Assembly (NCBI GenBank): GCA_045863395.1
Contig: BTVJ01000008.1
Span: forward strand, 64,001-128,000
Direction: 5' to 3'
Length of the DNA stretch: 64,000 nucleotides
Source of the DNA: Myxococcales bacterium
GTDB lineage: Bacteria > Myxococcota_A > UBA9042 > JABWCM01 > BTVJ01
Shown here: one piece after another, positions 48,287 through 58,248 of the stretch
Position numbering within the stretch: the first letter of the stretch is position 1
Layout: every line of letters begins with the position of its first letter
Notes under the pieces: generated by a model
What the model was told of the DNA's origin: nothing
The model's database searches: none
The model's input: the letters and a program-made list of their open reading frames with translations, nothing else
Position numbers and translations under genes: made by a program

Positions 48287-50182
48287 CTACTTCAGCTCGG
48301 AGGGATCGTTGACGAGGCGACCTGCCTCAGGCGACTGCTCGCGGGCGCCGACCTGGGGAAGAATGCGCTGGAGCACCACGTGGGCCTCGCGCTCCCGCTC
48401 GAAGGTCACGTCCAGATCGACTGCCGTGTGGCCGGCGAGCGTGACCCTCACCCGGCGGGGCGGCGCCGAGGGGCTCGCCGTGAGCGGGTGCGGCGTCTTG
48501 CCGAGGACGCGCCGGTCCTTGCCGCGCCCCTCGCTGACCGTGGCGCCGGTGGGCGACGACGCGATGGTCACGGTCACCTCTGCCGCGGCGGGCGCCTCGA
48601 CGGGTACTTCGCCCGGCGGTGCCACCGCGGGACCGCCCGTGGGCAGCGCGGGACCGCTAGGGGGAAACGCGGCCGCTGCCGTGTCGGCAACCGCCAGGGA
48701 CTCCCCCGCCGGGACCGCCGCGACCATCCGGGGCGCCTCCTGGGACGCCGCCTCAGCGACTGGCTGCGCTTCGCCCTCCCGACGACGCTCCGCCTGCCCC
48801 TGGGCCTCTCCGCCCGCCGCGAACCCCACTGGCCTCTCCCGTCCTCCCTCGGAGGCTGGTAGCGCCGCGAGGACCGCCGCGCTCACGACGACGACCCCGA
48901 CGACCGCGGCCGCCAGCAGCCTCCAGGGGCCGCCGCGCGTCGCCGCAGGCTCCGAGGCGACCTCTGGTCGCGCGACGGTCTCTGCGTCCGCGCTCCCCGG
49001 CACCCGGCCCCGGAGAACGGCCGTGGGTGCGTCTGCGCCGCCTGCGGCCACAGCGGGCATGGCAGGCAGGCCGCGTGTCTCCTCGGACATCGGGGCGCGG
49101 ACGGTGGTCATGCCGTCGACGGGGCGATGAACCGTAGGGCTCGGGCGCGCCTGTCCCCCCGAGGATGGCGCGCCCGCAGCCCGGACGTGGCCCTCGCCCT
49201 CGGCCAGATCCAGCTCGGCGATGACCGCTGCCGCCGTAGGGGGGCGGTCCTCGCGGCTGCGCGCCATCATGCGCTGCACCAGGTGGTCGAGCAGCGGAGT
49301 GACGTCGGGCGGGATGCTCCTCCGCGTCACCGGGGCGATGCTCGGGGCGTCGTCGCTGACCCCCGTCTCCAGCAGCGACGGTGGGTCCTTCTCGAGGCGC
49401 GCCATCAGCATGTCGATGGTGCTCGGCCCGGCGAAGGGCAGCCTGCCGCTGAGCATCTCGAAGAGCATGACCCCCAGGGAGTAGATGTCCGCCCGGGCGT
49501 CGAAGGGCTGCCCGCGGGTCTGCTCCGGGCTCATGTAGCACGGTGTGCCGATGACGGTGCCCGTCGCGGTGACCCGACCGCCATCCTCCGGGTTCAGGAA
49601 GCGCGCGATGCCGAAGTCGAGCACCTTGACGAAGTCCCTCCGCCCGCCAACGGCACAGAGCGCGATGTTCTCTGGCTTCAGGTCACGGTGCACGATGCCC
49701 TTGCCGTGGGCCTCGACCAGCGCCTCGCAGATCTGGCGCGCGATGGCGCAGGCGCGCTGCTGCGGGAGCGGCGCGTCCACCGCGAGCACCTGGGCGAGGC
49801 TCCGCCCGTCGACCAGCTCCATGGCCAGCCAGAGGAGGCCGTCGCCGGTCTGCCCGAAGTCGTAGGCGGTGACCACGTGCGGGTGGTTGAGGCGCGTGGC
49901 GGCCCGGGCCTCGCGCAGGAACCGCCGGACGCTCTCCTCGTCACGGACCAGGTGCCGGCGCAGCACCTTGAGGGCCACGGGCCGGTCCACGGAGAGCTGC
50001 GTTGCCCGGTAGACGGTGCCCATGGCCCCCTCGCCGAGGACGCGGCCGACGCGGAAGCGCCCGTCCACCACGTGGCCCTCCAGGCTCTCCGGCGGGGGCG
50101 CGGCGACCAGGCGAGCCCCGTCCGCGGTGCAGTGGAGCACCTCATCTCCGTACTCTGCGCCACATGCCTTGCACAGCTTCAT
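48287..50182 (-). CDS. Membrane Ser/Thr kinase with Zn-ribbon-like N-terminus and C-terminal PEGA
   Basis: CKAC...CTADG; GEGAMG, HRDLKPEN, DFG, SPEQ; TM; ASSPTGATV...LGKTP. Confidence 0.92.
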   Translation of the reverse strand: MKLCKACGAEYGDEVLHCTADGARLVAAPPPESLEGHVVDGRFRVGRVLGEGAMGTVYRATQLSVDRPVALKVLRRHLVRDEESVRRFLREARAATRLNHPHVVTAYDFGQTGDGLLWLAMELVDGRSLAQVLAVDAPLPQQRACAIARQICEALVEAHGKGIVHRDLKPENIALCAVGGRRDFVKVLDFGIARFLNPEDGGRVTATGTVIGTPCYMSPEQTRGQPFDARADIYSLGVMLFEMLSGRLPFAGPSTIDMLMARLEKDPPSLLETGVSDDAPSIAPVTRRSIPPDVTPLLDHLVQRMMARSREDRPPTAAAVIAELDLAEGEGHVRAAGAPSSGGQARPSPTVHRPVDGMTTVRAPMSEETRGLPAMPAVAAGGADAPTAVLRGRVPGSADAETVARPEVASEPAATRGGPWRLLAAAVVGVVVVSAAVLAALPASEGGRERPVGFAAGGEAQGQAERRREGEAQPVAEAASQEAPRMVAAVPAGESLAVADTAAAAFPPSGPALPTGGPAVAPPGEVPVEAPAAAEVTVTIASSPTGATVSEGRGKDRRVLGKTPHPLTASPSAPPRRVRVTLAGHTAVDLDVTFEREREAHVVLQRILPQVGAREQSPEAGRLVNDPSELK

Positions 50183-50243
50183 CGGGTCGAAGTCTAGCGG
50201 CGCGGCGCCCGCGCGTCGAGGCACCGCCAGTGTGTCCCGGCCC

Positions 50244-50963
50244 TTACGCGCCGACCGTCCGCAGGTACTCGTCCTCCAGGGAGCGCCCGGCCGCGCGCAG
50301 GGAGGCCAGCTCGTCGGCCGGGATGGACCGCACCACCGCCCCTCCGTGGAGCAGAACGACCCGGGTGCAGATGCGCTCCATCATGTCGAGGATGTGGCTG
50401 GTGAGCAGCACCGCCGTGCCCTCGCGGACCAGGTCGGCGAGCAGCGAGCGGGCGCGTGCCGTGGACTGGGGGTCGAGGCCGTTGAGGCTCTCGTCGAGGA
50501 CCAGCACCTTCGGCTGGCCGATGACCGCCGCCGCGATGGCGAGCTTCTGGCTCATGCCCTCGCTGTACTCGCGGCACAGCCGGTCGCGCGCGCCGGTGAG
50601 CTCGAACAAGCCAAGGAGCCGCTCGGCGCGGGCGGCGGCCTCCCCGGCATCGAGGCCACGCACGCGGGCGACGAAGCGCAGGTGCTCCTCGCCGGTCAGG
50701 AACGGGTAGAGCGCCGCGTCCTGGGGTACGTAGCCCAGGTGCCGCTTGGCCTCCAGCGGGGCCGTGAGCACCGAGTGGCCCGCGACGAGGGCGTCGCCGC
50801 TGTCCGGGTGCTCCAGGCCGCCGATGACGCGCAGGGTGGTGCTCTTGCCGGCGCCGTTGGGGCCGATGAGGCCGACCAGCTCTCCAGGGGCCACGGTGAA
50901 GGACACATCGCGCACGGCGGCCACGTCGCGGTAGGTCTTGGAGAGGGCGCGGACCTCGAGCAT
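50244..50963 (-). CDS. ABC transporter ATP-binding protein
   Basis: GPNGAGKS, YSEGM signature, VLDE, TSH. Confidence 0.93.
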   Translation of the reverse strand: MLEVRALSKTYRDVAAVRDVSFTVAPGELVGLIGPNGAGKSTTLRVIGGLEHPDSGDALVAGHSVLTAPLEAKRHLGYVPQDAALYPFLTGEEHLRFVARVRGLDAGEAAARAERLLGLFELTGARDRLCREYSEGMSQKLAIAAAVIGQPKVLVLDESLNGLDPQSTARARSLLADLVREGTAVLLTSHILDMMERICTRVVLLHGGAVVRSIPADELASLRAAGRSLEDEYLRTVGA

Positions 50964-50971
50964 GGGGAACC

Positions 50972-52333
50972 TCAGAGCGGTGGGAGCAGGGCGATGGCGG
51001 TGGCCGCGGCTCCGAGCGCCCCGAGGCGCACGGTCCAGGCCACGGGCCGCACGGCGGGGAAGGCCGCGAGCCCCCACCGCACGGAGAGGGCGCCGAGCGC
51101 GAGGGCCACAGGGGCGCCGACGAGGGCTGCGAGGGCGGCCCCACCGAGCCCGTCGGGGCCGAGGAGGCCCGCCGCTGCCGCGAGCCCGAGGGCCGGCGCC
51201 TGGAGCACGGCCACGGCCAGCAGGCGCGCGCGTGCGATCTCCCCCGCGGCGACGGGCAGCGAGCGCCCTGCGGACGGGGGCTCCAGCTCGGGCCCCAGCA
51301 GCCGGAAAGCGGGGTTGAACAGGGCGCCACCGACGGCGACGAGGAGCGCGCCCCACTCCCAGCCCGCGCCGCGGGCGTGGAGCAGTGCGCAGGCGCTGGC
51401 GAAGAGCACGAGGGCGACCCCGTCGACCCGGTGGCGGCGGCTCAACTGCACGACATCCTTCGTGAACACCTCGCGGGCGCTCCCCTCGAGGAGGCGCGCG
51501 GCCCAGAGCCCCCGCACGTGAGAGGGCAAGTGCTCCTCCCGCCAGGGCGGCACGATCTCCGCCTGCCAGAAGCGCGGGAGGATGGATGCATAAGACGCGG
51601 CGAAGGAGACCAGCGCCGAACGGATCGCGGCCGCAGCAGCGACCAGCGCGACGGCACCGGCGAGCAGCAGCGGCTTTGGGTTGCCCACCTGGAGCGAGGC
51701 GCGCGCGGCCAGATCGAGGACCACGGTGGCGACCAGGGTCGCGGCGAGGGCCAGCGCCGGAGAGTAGAAGAACCAGGCAGCCTCGGACGGCCCCAGGCCG
51801 CCGGCGAGCCGCCGCTTGACGTCCGAGTCGCCGGACAGCATGGCGGCGCCGGCCAGCAGGTGCGCAAGCAGGGCGAAGGGCACGGCCACGGCGGAGGTCA
51901 GCGCGACGACGGCGGCCGCGGCGAGGCCCAGCGGGGCGGCGCGCAGTGACAAGGGGGCGACCACGAGCAGGGCGACGGCGAGCAGCGGCAGGTGGAGCAG
52001 CGCGACGCGGACCGCGGTGTAGCGAGCCCAGGCGCGGGGCTCCACCGGCAGCGGCGCGAGCACTCGCGCCTCGTCGGTGCGGAACAGCGCCTCGAGGACC
52101 GTGTAGGACGTGATCATCGCGAGGGCCACGGCCAGCCAGAAGCCGAGCTCGCGGGCTGCCCCCGCCTGGTCCGAGGCCTCCAACACGGCGTCGGCCAAGC
52201 CACCGCCCGCCAGCAGGAGCCCGGCCGCCGCGCCGAGCCCGACCGCGCCGACGGTCAGCCGCGCGGCGACGGGTTGGCGGGACAGGCGGTTTCTCGCCAT
52301 GCGGGCGCGGTTCTCTGCGAGCAGCCTATCCAT
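50972..52333 (-). CDS. Putative ABC exporter permease
   Basis: Multi-TM protein directly upstream of the ABC ATPase. Confidence 0.7.
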   Translation of the reverse strand: MDRLLAENRARMARNRLSRQPVAARLTVGAVGLGAAAGLLLAGGGLADAVLEASDQAGAARELGFWLAVALAMITSYTVLEALFRTDEARVLAPLPVEPRAWARYTAVRVALLHLPLLAVALLVVAPLSLRAAPLGLAAAAVVALTSAVAVPFALLAHLLAGAAMLSGDSDVKRRLAGGLGPSEAAWFFYSPALALAATLVATVVLDLAARASLQVGNPKPLLLAGAVALVAAAAAIRSALVSFAASYASILPRFWQAEIVPPWREEHLPSHVRGLWAARLLEGSAREVFTKDVVQLSRRHRVDGVALVLFASACALLHARGAGWEWGALLVAVGGALFNPAFRLLGPELEPPSAGRSLPVAAGEIARARLLAVAVLQAPALGLAAAAGLLGPDGLGGAALAALVGAPVALALGALSVRWGLAAFPAVRPVAWTVRLGALGAAATAIALLPPL

Positions 52334-52339
52334 GGTCAG

Positions 52340-52792
52340 TCAGCGCGGCTTCCGAAAGGTGAGCAGGTTGTTGAGCACGAAGTTGAACACCGTGCCGAGC
52401 GCGATGCCCGTCAGGTTCGCCACCCAGGGCTCGGCGGCCCCGAGCGCGAGGATCACGTTGCCCGCCCCCGCCTGCACCGCGTATCCGCCGAGGCTCACGG
52501 CGTAGTAGGTGCCGAGGCGCTGCCAGAAGTGGGCGCGGCCGCGCTTCTCGCGGTCCCCCCAGGTCCACAGGTCGTTGAGGAGGAAGTTGCCGAAGCAGCT
52601 CACGGCAAAGCCCGCCGCCTGCGCGACGTTGAAGCGCAGCGCGTCGGGGAGCGTGGCGGCCAGGGCAAAGATGGCGAGGAACACGGCCATGTTGGACGCC
52701 ACGCCCGTGCCGCCGACCACGCAGAACTTGAGGAAGCGCACGCGCTCGGCCCCGAGCAGCGCCTCCAGGCGGGCCTCGATGCGTCTGATCAC
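52340..52792 (-). CDS. GtrA family protein
   Basis: RFLKFCVVG, NFLLNDLWTW, NFVLNNLLTF; four TM helices. Confidence 0.88.
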   Translation of the reverse strand: MIRRIEARLEALLGAERVRFLKFCVVGGTGVASNMAVFLAIFALAATLPDALRFNVAQAAGFAVSCFGNFLLNDLWTWGDREKRGRAHFWQRLGTYYAVSLGGYAVQAGAGNVILALGAAEPWVANLTGIALGTVFNFVLNNLLTFRKPR

Positions 52793-53682
52793 GGCTCCTC
52801 CCGAGGGCCGCCGCCCGTGAACAGCCGCACGCGCTCGAGCAGGGACACCGGCAGCCGCTCCGCGATCAGGGCGCGCACCTCGGCAGAGTCATAGAGCTGG
52901 CTGAAGTGCACGAGCACGACCACCTCGTTCTCGAACGCCTCGGCGCGTGAGGCGAGGTCGTCCACGTGGATGTGCCCCCCTGCCCGCACGGCCTCGCGGG
53001 GCTTGCGATCATCGACGAAGGTGCACTCGATGAGGAGCACCCGGCACGTCCGGACCAGGGGCTCCCTGTCGATGAGCTCCGGGAGGGTGTCGCCTGTGTA
53101 CGCGATCAGCGGCTCGTCCACCACCTCGAAGAGGTCGTGGGCGCCGTCGGCCCGCAGCCGGGCGATCTCGAGCCCCGGCAGCCCAAGCCACGGGGCCCGG
53201 AGCTTCTGCTTGCGCCGCACCACCACGTAGCCCAGGGTCGGGATCACGTGGGCGCTCTTGAACGGGACCACGTGCAGGCCCCGCCGGAGGGGGATCTCCT
53301 CATGGGGGCGCGCGTCCACCAGGCGCACGTCGAAGGCCCTGCCCTGGAGGCGCCCCCACACATCCACGAGCCCGCGGACCTCGTCGCCGATCCATGCGGG
53401 CACCACCAGCGTCGCCGTCGGCATGCGATAGAGCATTCGCATTCCGAGCCATGCGTGCAGCGACCCCATGTGGTCCGGGTGGGCGTGGGTCAGGAGCAGG
53501 GTCTTTGCCGTGACCGTCGTGTGGGGGCACGCGCCCACGTCCCACGCGACCCCCAGCTCCGGGACTGCAATGCTCGTCGCGATACCGCCCGTGCACACAC
53601 CGGTGATCGTCAGCCCTCCGACCGTGAGGGTGGCCCCATGCCGATTGCTGGTCTCCGTGGTCGACGCGCGCGGGCTGCTCAT
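52789..53682 (-). CDS. MBL-fold hydrolase, short-arm (TM-type) RNase Z-like
   Basis: THAHPDH, AHVIPTLGY, KQKL...GLPGLEI arm, YTGDT, IECTF, GHIH, HFSQLY. Confidence 0.78.
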   Translation of the reverse strand: MSSPRASTTETSNRHGATLTVGGLTITGVCTGGIATSIAVPELGVAWDVGACPHTTVTAKTLLLTHAHPDHMGSLHAWLGMRMLYRMPTATLVVPAWIGDEVRGLVDVWGRLQGRAFDVRLVDARPHEEIPLRRGLHVVPFKSAHVIPTLGYVVVRRKQKLRAPWLGLPGLEIARLRADGAHDLFEVVDEPLIAYTGDTLPELIDREPLVRTCRVLLIECTFVDDRKPREAVRAGGHIHVDDLASRAEAFENEVVVLVHFSQLYDSAEVRALIAERLPVSLLERVRLFTGGGPREEP

Positions 53683-54527
53683 CGGCGCCCCAGGTCCCGG
53701 AGGAGCTGGCGCGCCTCCTGGCGGTAGGGGCGGGCGATCAGCCGCCACTCGCCCTCCGCCGGGGCCGCCAGCACGTGCCTGAGCTGCGCGGTGGCCTCTC
53801 GTCGTCGCCCCACCTTGGCGTAGGCCTGCCCGAGGAACAGGTGGTTGAGCGGATTGGTCGGGTGCTTGCGCACGGCGGCCTCCAGGAGCTCCAGCCCCTC
53901 GTCCACGTCTCCGACGCCGGCAGGCCAGCTCGGCGCCTTGACGAGCAGGGCCCCGAGGATCCGGAGCCCGCCGCCCTCCATGAAGTCGGGGTGCGTCTCC
54001 GCGAGGTGCCTGGCGGGCTTCTCCACGGCCTCCTGCGTTGCTCGCCCCGGGGCGAGCTGGTGCATGGCGTTGAGCCCCGCAGAGGCGGCGGCCCAATAGT
54101 GGCCCTCGGGGCGCTCGGGGGTCACCGCGATGGCCCGCTCCGCCAGCTCCTCGGCCTGGCGGGCCATGCGGCGGGCCAGGTCGGAGTTGCTCGCGATGGT
54201 CTCGGCCAGCAGCGTGAAGCCGCGAGCGGCGCGCCAGAGCACCTCGAAGTCGTCCGGTGCGAGCTCCAGGGCCCTCTCCATGGCGGCGGCGGCCCTCCCG
54301 AGGACGCGGACGGATCGGCTCCGCTCTACGCCGCGGTCCGCCATGGCGATCAGCTCCGGCACGTTCGACGGCAGTCGCTCCCGCTCCAGATGGAGGCGCG
54401 GTCCCCGGGGCATCAGGGAGCAGCCGGCGAGGGCGACCCCGAGCACCGCGGCCACACCGATCCACCAGGCGCCGTCGCGTCGACGCGCGCCGACTGCCAC
54501 TCCCGACGGGCGCTCATGGGTGCTCAT
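53679..54527 (-). CDS. TPR lipoprotein (TatT-like)
   Basis: LAGC lipobox; VLWRAAR, EGHYWAA, RILGALLVKAPSWP..GD; TPR helices. Confidence 0.7.
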   Translation of the reverse strand: MSTHERPSGVAVGARRRDGAWWIGVAAVLGVALAGCSLMPRGPRLHLERERLPSNVPELIAMADRGVERSRSVRVLGRAAAAMERALELAPDDFEVLWRAARGFTLLAETIASNSDLARRMARQAEELAERAIAVTPERPEGHYWAAASAGLNAMHQLAPGRATQEAVEKPARHLAETHPDFMEGGGLRILGALLVKAPSWPAGVGDVDEGLELLEAAVRKHPTNPLNHLFLGQAYAKVGRRREATAQLRHVLAAPAEGEWRLIARPYRQEARQLLRDLGRR

Positions 54528-54668
54528 CGCGGCGCATTGTACCGTGGAGGGGGGGCAATGCAACTTGACGGGCAGGCCCGTCGCGACGTGCCCCGCGACC
54601 CGGCCGGGAGGCTCGGGGCAATGCCCGGCGCCTGGACCACCGCGCCCATCCGGGCTACCCTGGCGCGC

Positions 54669-55625
54669 ATGTGCTCCCCCGAGGCCCGCACCGCCCTGGT
54701 CAAGTCCCTCGCGCTGGAGGCGGGCTTCAGCCGCGTGGGCATCGCCCCCGTGGGGCCGCTGGCGGCGGGGCCTCGTTTCGTGGAGTGGCTCCGCCGGGGC
54801 TACCAGGGTGAGATGGACTACATGGAGCGAGAGCCGGAGCGCCGCGCGGACCCTCGGGGAGCGCGAGGCTGGGCGCGCAGCGCCATCGCCCTGGCCCTGG
54901 ACTACCATACGGATCACCCGCTCAGCGTCGACGTCCCCGACGATCGGGACCGGGGCTGGATCTCGCGCTACGCGTGGGGTCGCGACTACCACTACGTGGC
55001 CTTGAAGCGCCTCCGGGCCCTGGAGTCCACCCTCAACGCCCACGCAGAGACCCGCGGTCGCCACCACTGGTACGTGGACACGGGGCCGCTCCTGGAGAAA
55101 CCCCTCGCCGCGCTGGCGGGACTGGGCTGGCAGGGCAAGAACACGCTGCTGATTCACCCCAAGGCGGGGAGCTGGTTCTTCCTGGCCTTCCTGCTGTCGG
55201 ACCTCGAGCTGGTGCCCGACGCACCCATGCCGGACCTGTGTGGTACATGCACGCGGTGCCTCGACGCCTGCCCGACGGCGGCCTTCCCGGAGCCGGGAGT
55301 GCTCGACGCGCGCCGCTGCATCAGCTACCTGACCATCGAGCAGGAGGGGGACATCCCCGCCGAACACCGGGGCGGGGTAGGGCGGCACGTCTTCGGGTGC
55401 GACATCTGCCAGGACGTGTGCCCGTGGAACCGCAAGGCCCCCACGGTGGACGAGCCGGACTTCGAGCCGCGCCCGGGGATGTTCCACCCGCGCCTCGACG
55501 CGCTCCTGGCGCTGGACGAGGAGGGCTTCCGCGACGCCTTCACCCGGTCGCCGGTCAAGCGCCGCAAGGCCGCAGGCCTGCGTATGAGCGTGGCCTCGGC
55601 CATGCGCCGGAGCGAGCATGGCTGA
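54669..55625 (+). CDS. queG: Epoxyqueuosine reductase
   Basis: ISRYAWGRDYH, VDTGPLLEK, GKNT, CGTCTRCLDACP, CISYLTIE, GCDICQDVCPWN. Confidence 0.95.
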   Translation: MCSPEARTALVKSLALEAGFSRVGIAPVGPLAAGPRFVEWLRRGYQGEMDYMEREPERRADPRGARGWARSAIALALDYHTDHPLSVDVPDDRDRGWISRYAWGRDYHYVALKRLRALESTLNAHAETRGRHHWYVDTGPLLEKPLAALAGLGWQGKNTLLIHPKAGSWFFLAFLLSDLELVPDAPMPDLCGTCTRCLDACPTAAFPEPGVLDARRCISYLTIEQEGDIPAEHRGGVGRHVFGCDICQDVCPWNRKAPTVDEPDFEPRPGMFHPRLDALLALDEEGFRDAFTRSPVKRRKAAGLRMSVASAMRRSEHG

Positions 55626-57933
55626 GGCGCTCGACCCGGTCGTCCCCATCGTCCTGCGGCCTCGCGAGCGCCCCACCTCCTCGCCCAGAGCACCGCTGGC
55701 CGCATCGGGACGGGTCGCCCTCGACAAGGTCTCACTGCGCATCATCGGGCTCACGGGCGAGGACGATGCCGTCGACCTCCGGGAGCGCTTGCGCCGCCTG
55801 CCGGGTGTGGAGGCCGCCCAGGTGGACTTCGGGCCGGAGCACGCGACCGTCTGGGTGTCCGATCCCCGGACGACGCCCGCCTGGGTCCGGGAGGCGGTGC
55901 GCAGCGCAGGGTTCGAGGCGATCCCCGAGGCGGCTCCGCCAGCCAGGGAGGGAGCCCGGCGGCTGCGCGTCGAGCTGCGGCGCCTGGCAGCGGTGGCCGC
56001 AACCGGGGTGCCCGCGTGGCTGCTCGATCTGGCATCCGGCGTGACCGTGGCTACGGGGCTCCCCACGGACGCCTACCGGCGCGACCTCCAGCTCTTCCTC
56101 ACCGCGATCACCGTGTTCTGGGGCGCCCGGCACCTCTGGTGGCGCATGGTGAGCCGGGCTGGGCTCGGGCGCACCGAGCTGCTGTCCGGTCTCCTGGAGG
56201 AGGGCCCGGCGGCTCTCGCCATCGCGCTCGGTTTCGGGGCCGGTCTCATCGGCTTTGGGGCCGGGCTCTCCCTCGGAGTGCTCGGCACCACCGCCGCCCT
56301 CGCGGTGCTGGTCCAGGCGGGGCGGGCGGCGGAGGAGGCCATCCGGCAGCGGGTGCTGCCCGGCGACGAGGCGCTCACCACCGGCCTGCCCGAGATGGCC
56401 GTGGTCCAGTGGGACGAGCGCGAGTTCCTGGTCCGTGCCGACCACCTGGTGCCCGGGGACCTGGTCGTGGTCGGCGAGCGCGACGTGTGCCCCGTGGGTG
56501 GCTACATCGAGCAGGGCGCCGCCGTCATCGACGAGAGCCTGATCACCGGCCGCGAGAGCCCCTCGGAGCGCGTTGCCGGCGACCAGATCCTGGCGGGGGC
56601 TGCAGTGCGCACGGGGCGGCTCGTGGTCCGGGCTCGGCAGGTGGGGGCGCGCACCCTCCTGGCGCGGGTCACGCGGATGTCCCACGCCGTGCCGCGGACC
56701 CGGGGGCCATCCACAGAGGTCGCGGCTCGCCTGGCCATCGCCGTCAACGTCGGCGCCGTCGTCCTCGCCATCGCAGCGGCCGTGGTGGCGAGCACCCAGG
56801 GAGCGTCCCCCATCCTGCCCGCGCTGGCGGTGCTCGCGGCCGTGGGCACGCGGGCCGTCATCCTCTCGGTGCCGGTCGCGGTGGGCGCCGCAAGCGCGCT
56901 GGCGGGGCGGCACGGGATTCTCCTGAGGGACGCGGCGACCTTGGACGCGGCCGCGGACGTGAGGATCGCGGCTCTCGGGAGGGTCGGGGTGCTGACGACG
57001 GGGCGCCCAACTATCCCCCAGCTCAGCGTGCTGGTGGACGACGTGAGCGAGGAGCGCATCCTGGCGGTCGCCGCGGCCGTCGAGCGCGGGGTGCGGCACC
57101 CCGTCGCACGCGCTTTCGTCGAGCTGGCGGCTGAGCGAGGGGCCAGCGTCGCGGGTCTGGCGATCAGCGGCACGCGCCGCGTGCCGGGTCATGGGGTCGA
57201 GTCGACGGTGGACGGAGCGTCCGTGGCCATCGGCAACGAGGCGCACATGGCTGCGCTCGGGATCGCGCTGCCCCCCGTCGACCACCCTCTGGGCCCGCTC
57301 GACATCCCGCTCGCGCCCAACTTCATCGCCATCGGAGGGCGGGTCGTGGCCGTGGGCTACGTCCTCGACCCGGTCCGCGAAGACGCGGCGGACGGCGTGT
57401 ACCTGCTCCGCAAGCGCCGCCTCCGGCCGGTCCTCCTCACGGGCGAGGATCGCCCCGTCGTCGACGCCCTCGCCCGGGTGGTCGGCGTCGCGGACGTGCA
57501 CGCGGGAATCCCGCCCGAGGAGCAGCGCCGCATCGTCGCTCGGCTGGCGGAGCAGGGCGGGGTCGCAGCGGTCGTCGGCGCCCAGAGCGACGTGGGGCTC
57601 CTGGGCCCCGCAAGCGTCGGCTTCCTGCTGGTCTCAGACAGCCGGCTCCCCAACGCGGACGCAGGCGTCACCTTGCTTCGCGGCGCTCTCGACGGCGTCA
57701 CCGCGACGGTCTCCATCGCCCGGAAGCTCCGTCACGTCGTGCGGGTCGGCCACCTGCTGATCGGCGCCTGGCACGTGGTGGTGTTCGGCCTGGCCACCCT
57801 GGGCGTCATCTCGCCCGTGGTCGCGGCGCTGTCCGCCATCGCCCTGAGCCTGGCGGTGACGGAGAACGCGCTTCGAGCCTCGGCCGCCACCGTGGAGCCG
57901 CCGCGTCCGCCCAGGTCCATGACCCGCCACTGA
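55618..57933 (+). CDS. P1B-type heavy-metal ATPase homologue, catalytically degenerate
   Basis: HMA-like domain, A domain (DESLITG), N domain (E...HP, PGHG) and P domain are recognisable, but DKTGT, CPC and CxxC are absent. Frame is intact. Confidence 0.8.
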   Translation: MAEALDPVVPIVLRPRERPTSSPRAPLAASGRVALDKVSLRIIGLTGEDDAVDLRERLRRLPGVEAAQVDFGPEHATVWVSDPRTTPAWVREAVRSAGFEAIPEAAPPAREGARRLRVELRRLAAVAATGVPAWLLDLASGVTVATGLPTDAYRRDLQLFLTAITVFWGARHLWWRMVSRAGLGRTELLSGLLEEGPAALAIALGFGAGLIGFGAGLSLGVLGTTAALAVLVQAGRAAEEAIRQRVLPGDEALTTGLPEMAVVQWDEREFLVRADHLVPGDLVVVGERDVCPVGGYIEQGAAVIDESLITGRESPSERVAGDQILAGAAVRTGRLVVRARQVGARTLLARVTRMSHAVPRTRGPSTEVAARLAIAVNVGAVVLAIAAAVVASTQGASPILPALAVLAAVGTRAVILSVPVAVGAASALAGRHGILLRDAATLDAAADVRIAALGRVGVLTTGRPTIPQLSVLVDDVSEERILAVAAAVERGVRHPVARAFVELAAERGASVAGLAISGTRRVPGHGVESTVDGASVAIGNEAHMAALGIALPPVDHPLGPLDIPLAPNFIAIGGRVVAVGYVLDPVREDAADGVYLLRKRRLRPVLLTGEDRPVVDALARVVGVADVHAGIPPEEQRRIVARLAEQGGVAAVVGAQSDVGLLGPASVGFLLVSDSRLPNADAGVTLLRGALDGVTATVSIARKLRHVVRVGHLLIGAWHVVVFGLATLGVISPVVAALSAIALSLAVTENALRASAATVEPPRPPRSMTRH

Positions 57934-57951
57934 GCCACCTCGCTTTTGTGC

Positions 57952-57980
57952 TTGCTTCGCCGAAGGGGCCGTGCTACAAA
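57952..57980 (+). promoter_or_regulatory. Putative tRNA promoter
   Basis: TTGCTT-17 bp-TACAAA with extended TG and GC-rich discriminator. Confidence 0.5.
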
Positions 57981-57997
57981 CCGCGTCACTTTTCGGC

Positions 57998-58070
57998 GGG
58001 GCTGTAGCTCAGCTGGGAGAGCGCCTGAATGGCATTCAGGAGGCCGTCGGTTCGATCCCGATCAGCTCCA
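57998..58070 (+). tRNA. tRNA-Ala(GGC), CCA not encoded
   Basis: Acceptor GGGGCTG/CAGCTCC with G3:U70, D arm GCTCAGCTGGGAGAGC, anticodon arm CCTGA-ATGGCAT-TCAGG, T loop GGTTCGATCC. Confidence 0.97.
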
Positions 58071-58130
58071 CTGAAATCGGGGACCTAGCCAGTCCTCGGA
58101 CGATGCCCGGCGCCCGCGTCGGGCATCGAA

Positions 58131-58172
58131 GACGAAGCCCTCGGAGTCCTGCTCCGGGGGCTTTGTCGTTTC
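58131..58172 (+). terminator. Probable intrinsic terminator after the tRNA
   Basis: GACGAAGCCCTCGGAG-loop-CTCCGGGGGCTTTGTC followed by GTTTC; a second hairpin at 58101-58128. Confidence 0.6.
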
Positions 58173-58248
58173 TGGAGTCCTTGCCAATGGGAAGGGACCG
58201 GGCCCGGTCAGCTGTTGGAGCGCTCGTCACCACTCCCGGAGAGCACCC

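Noticed and set aside
55618..57933. Calling the gene a functional copA/zntA, or a pseudogene
   Set aside because: No phosphorylatable Asp or metal ligands, so it is not a functional pump. No stops or frameshifts either, so it is not called a pseudogene.
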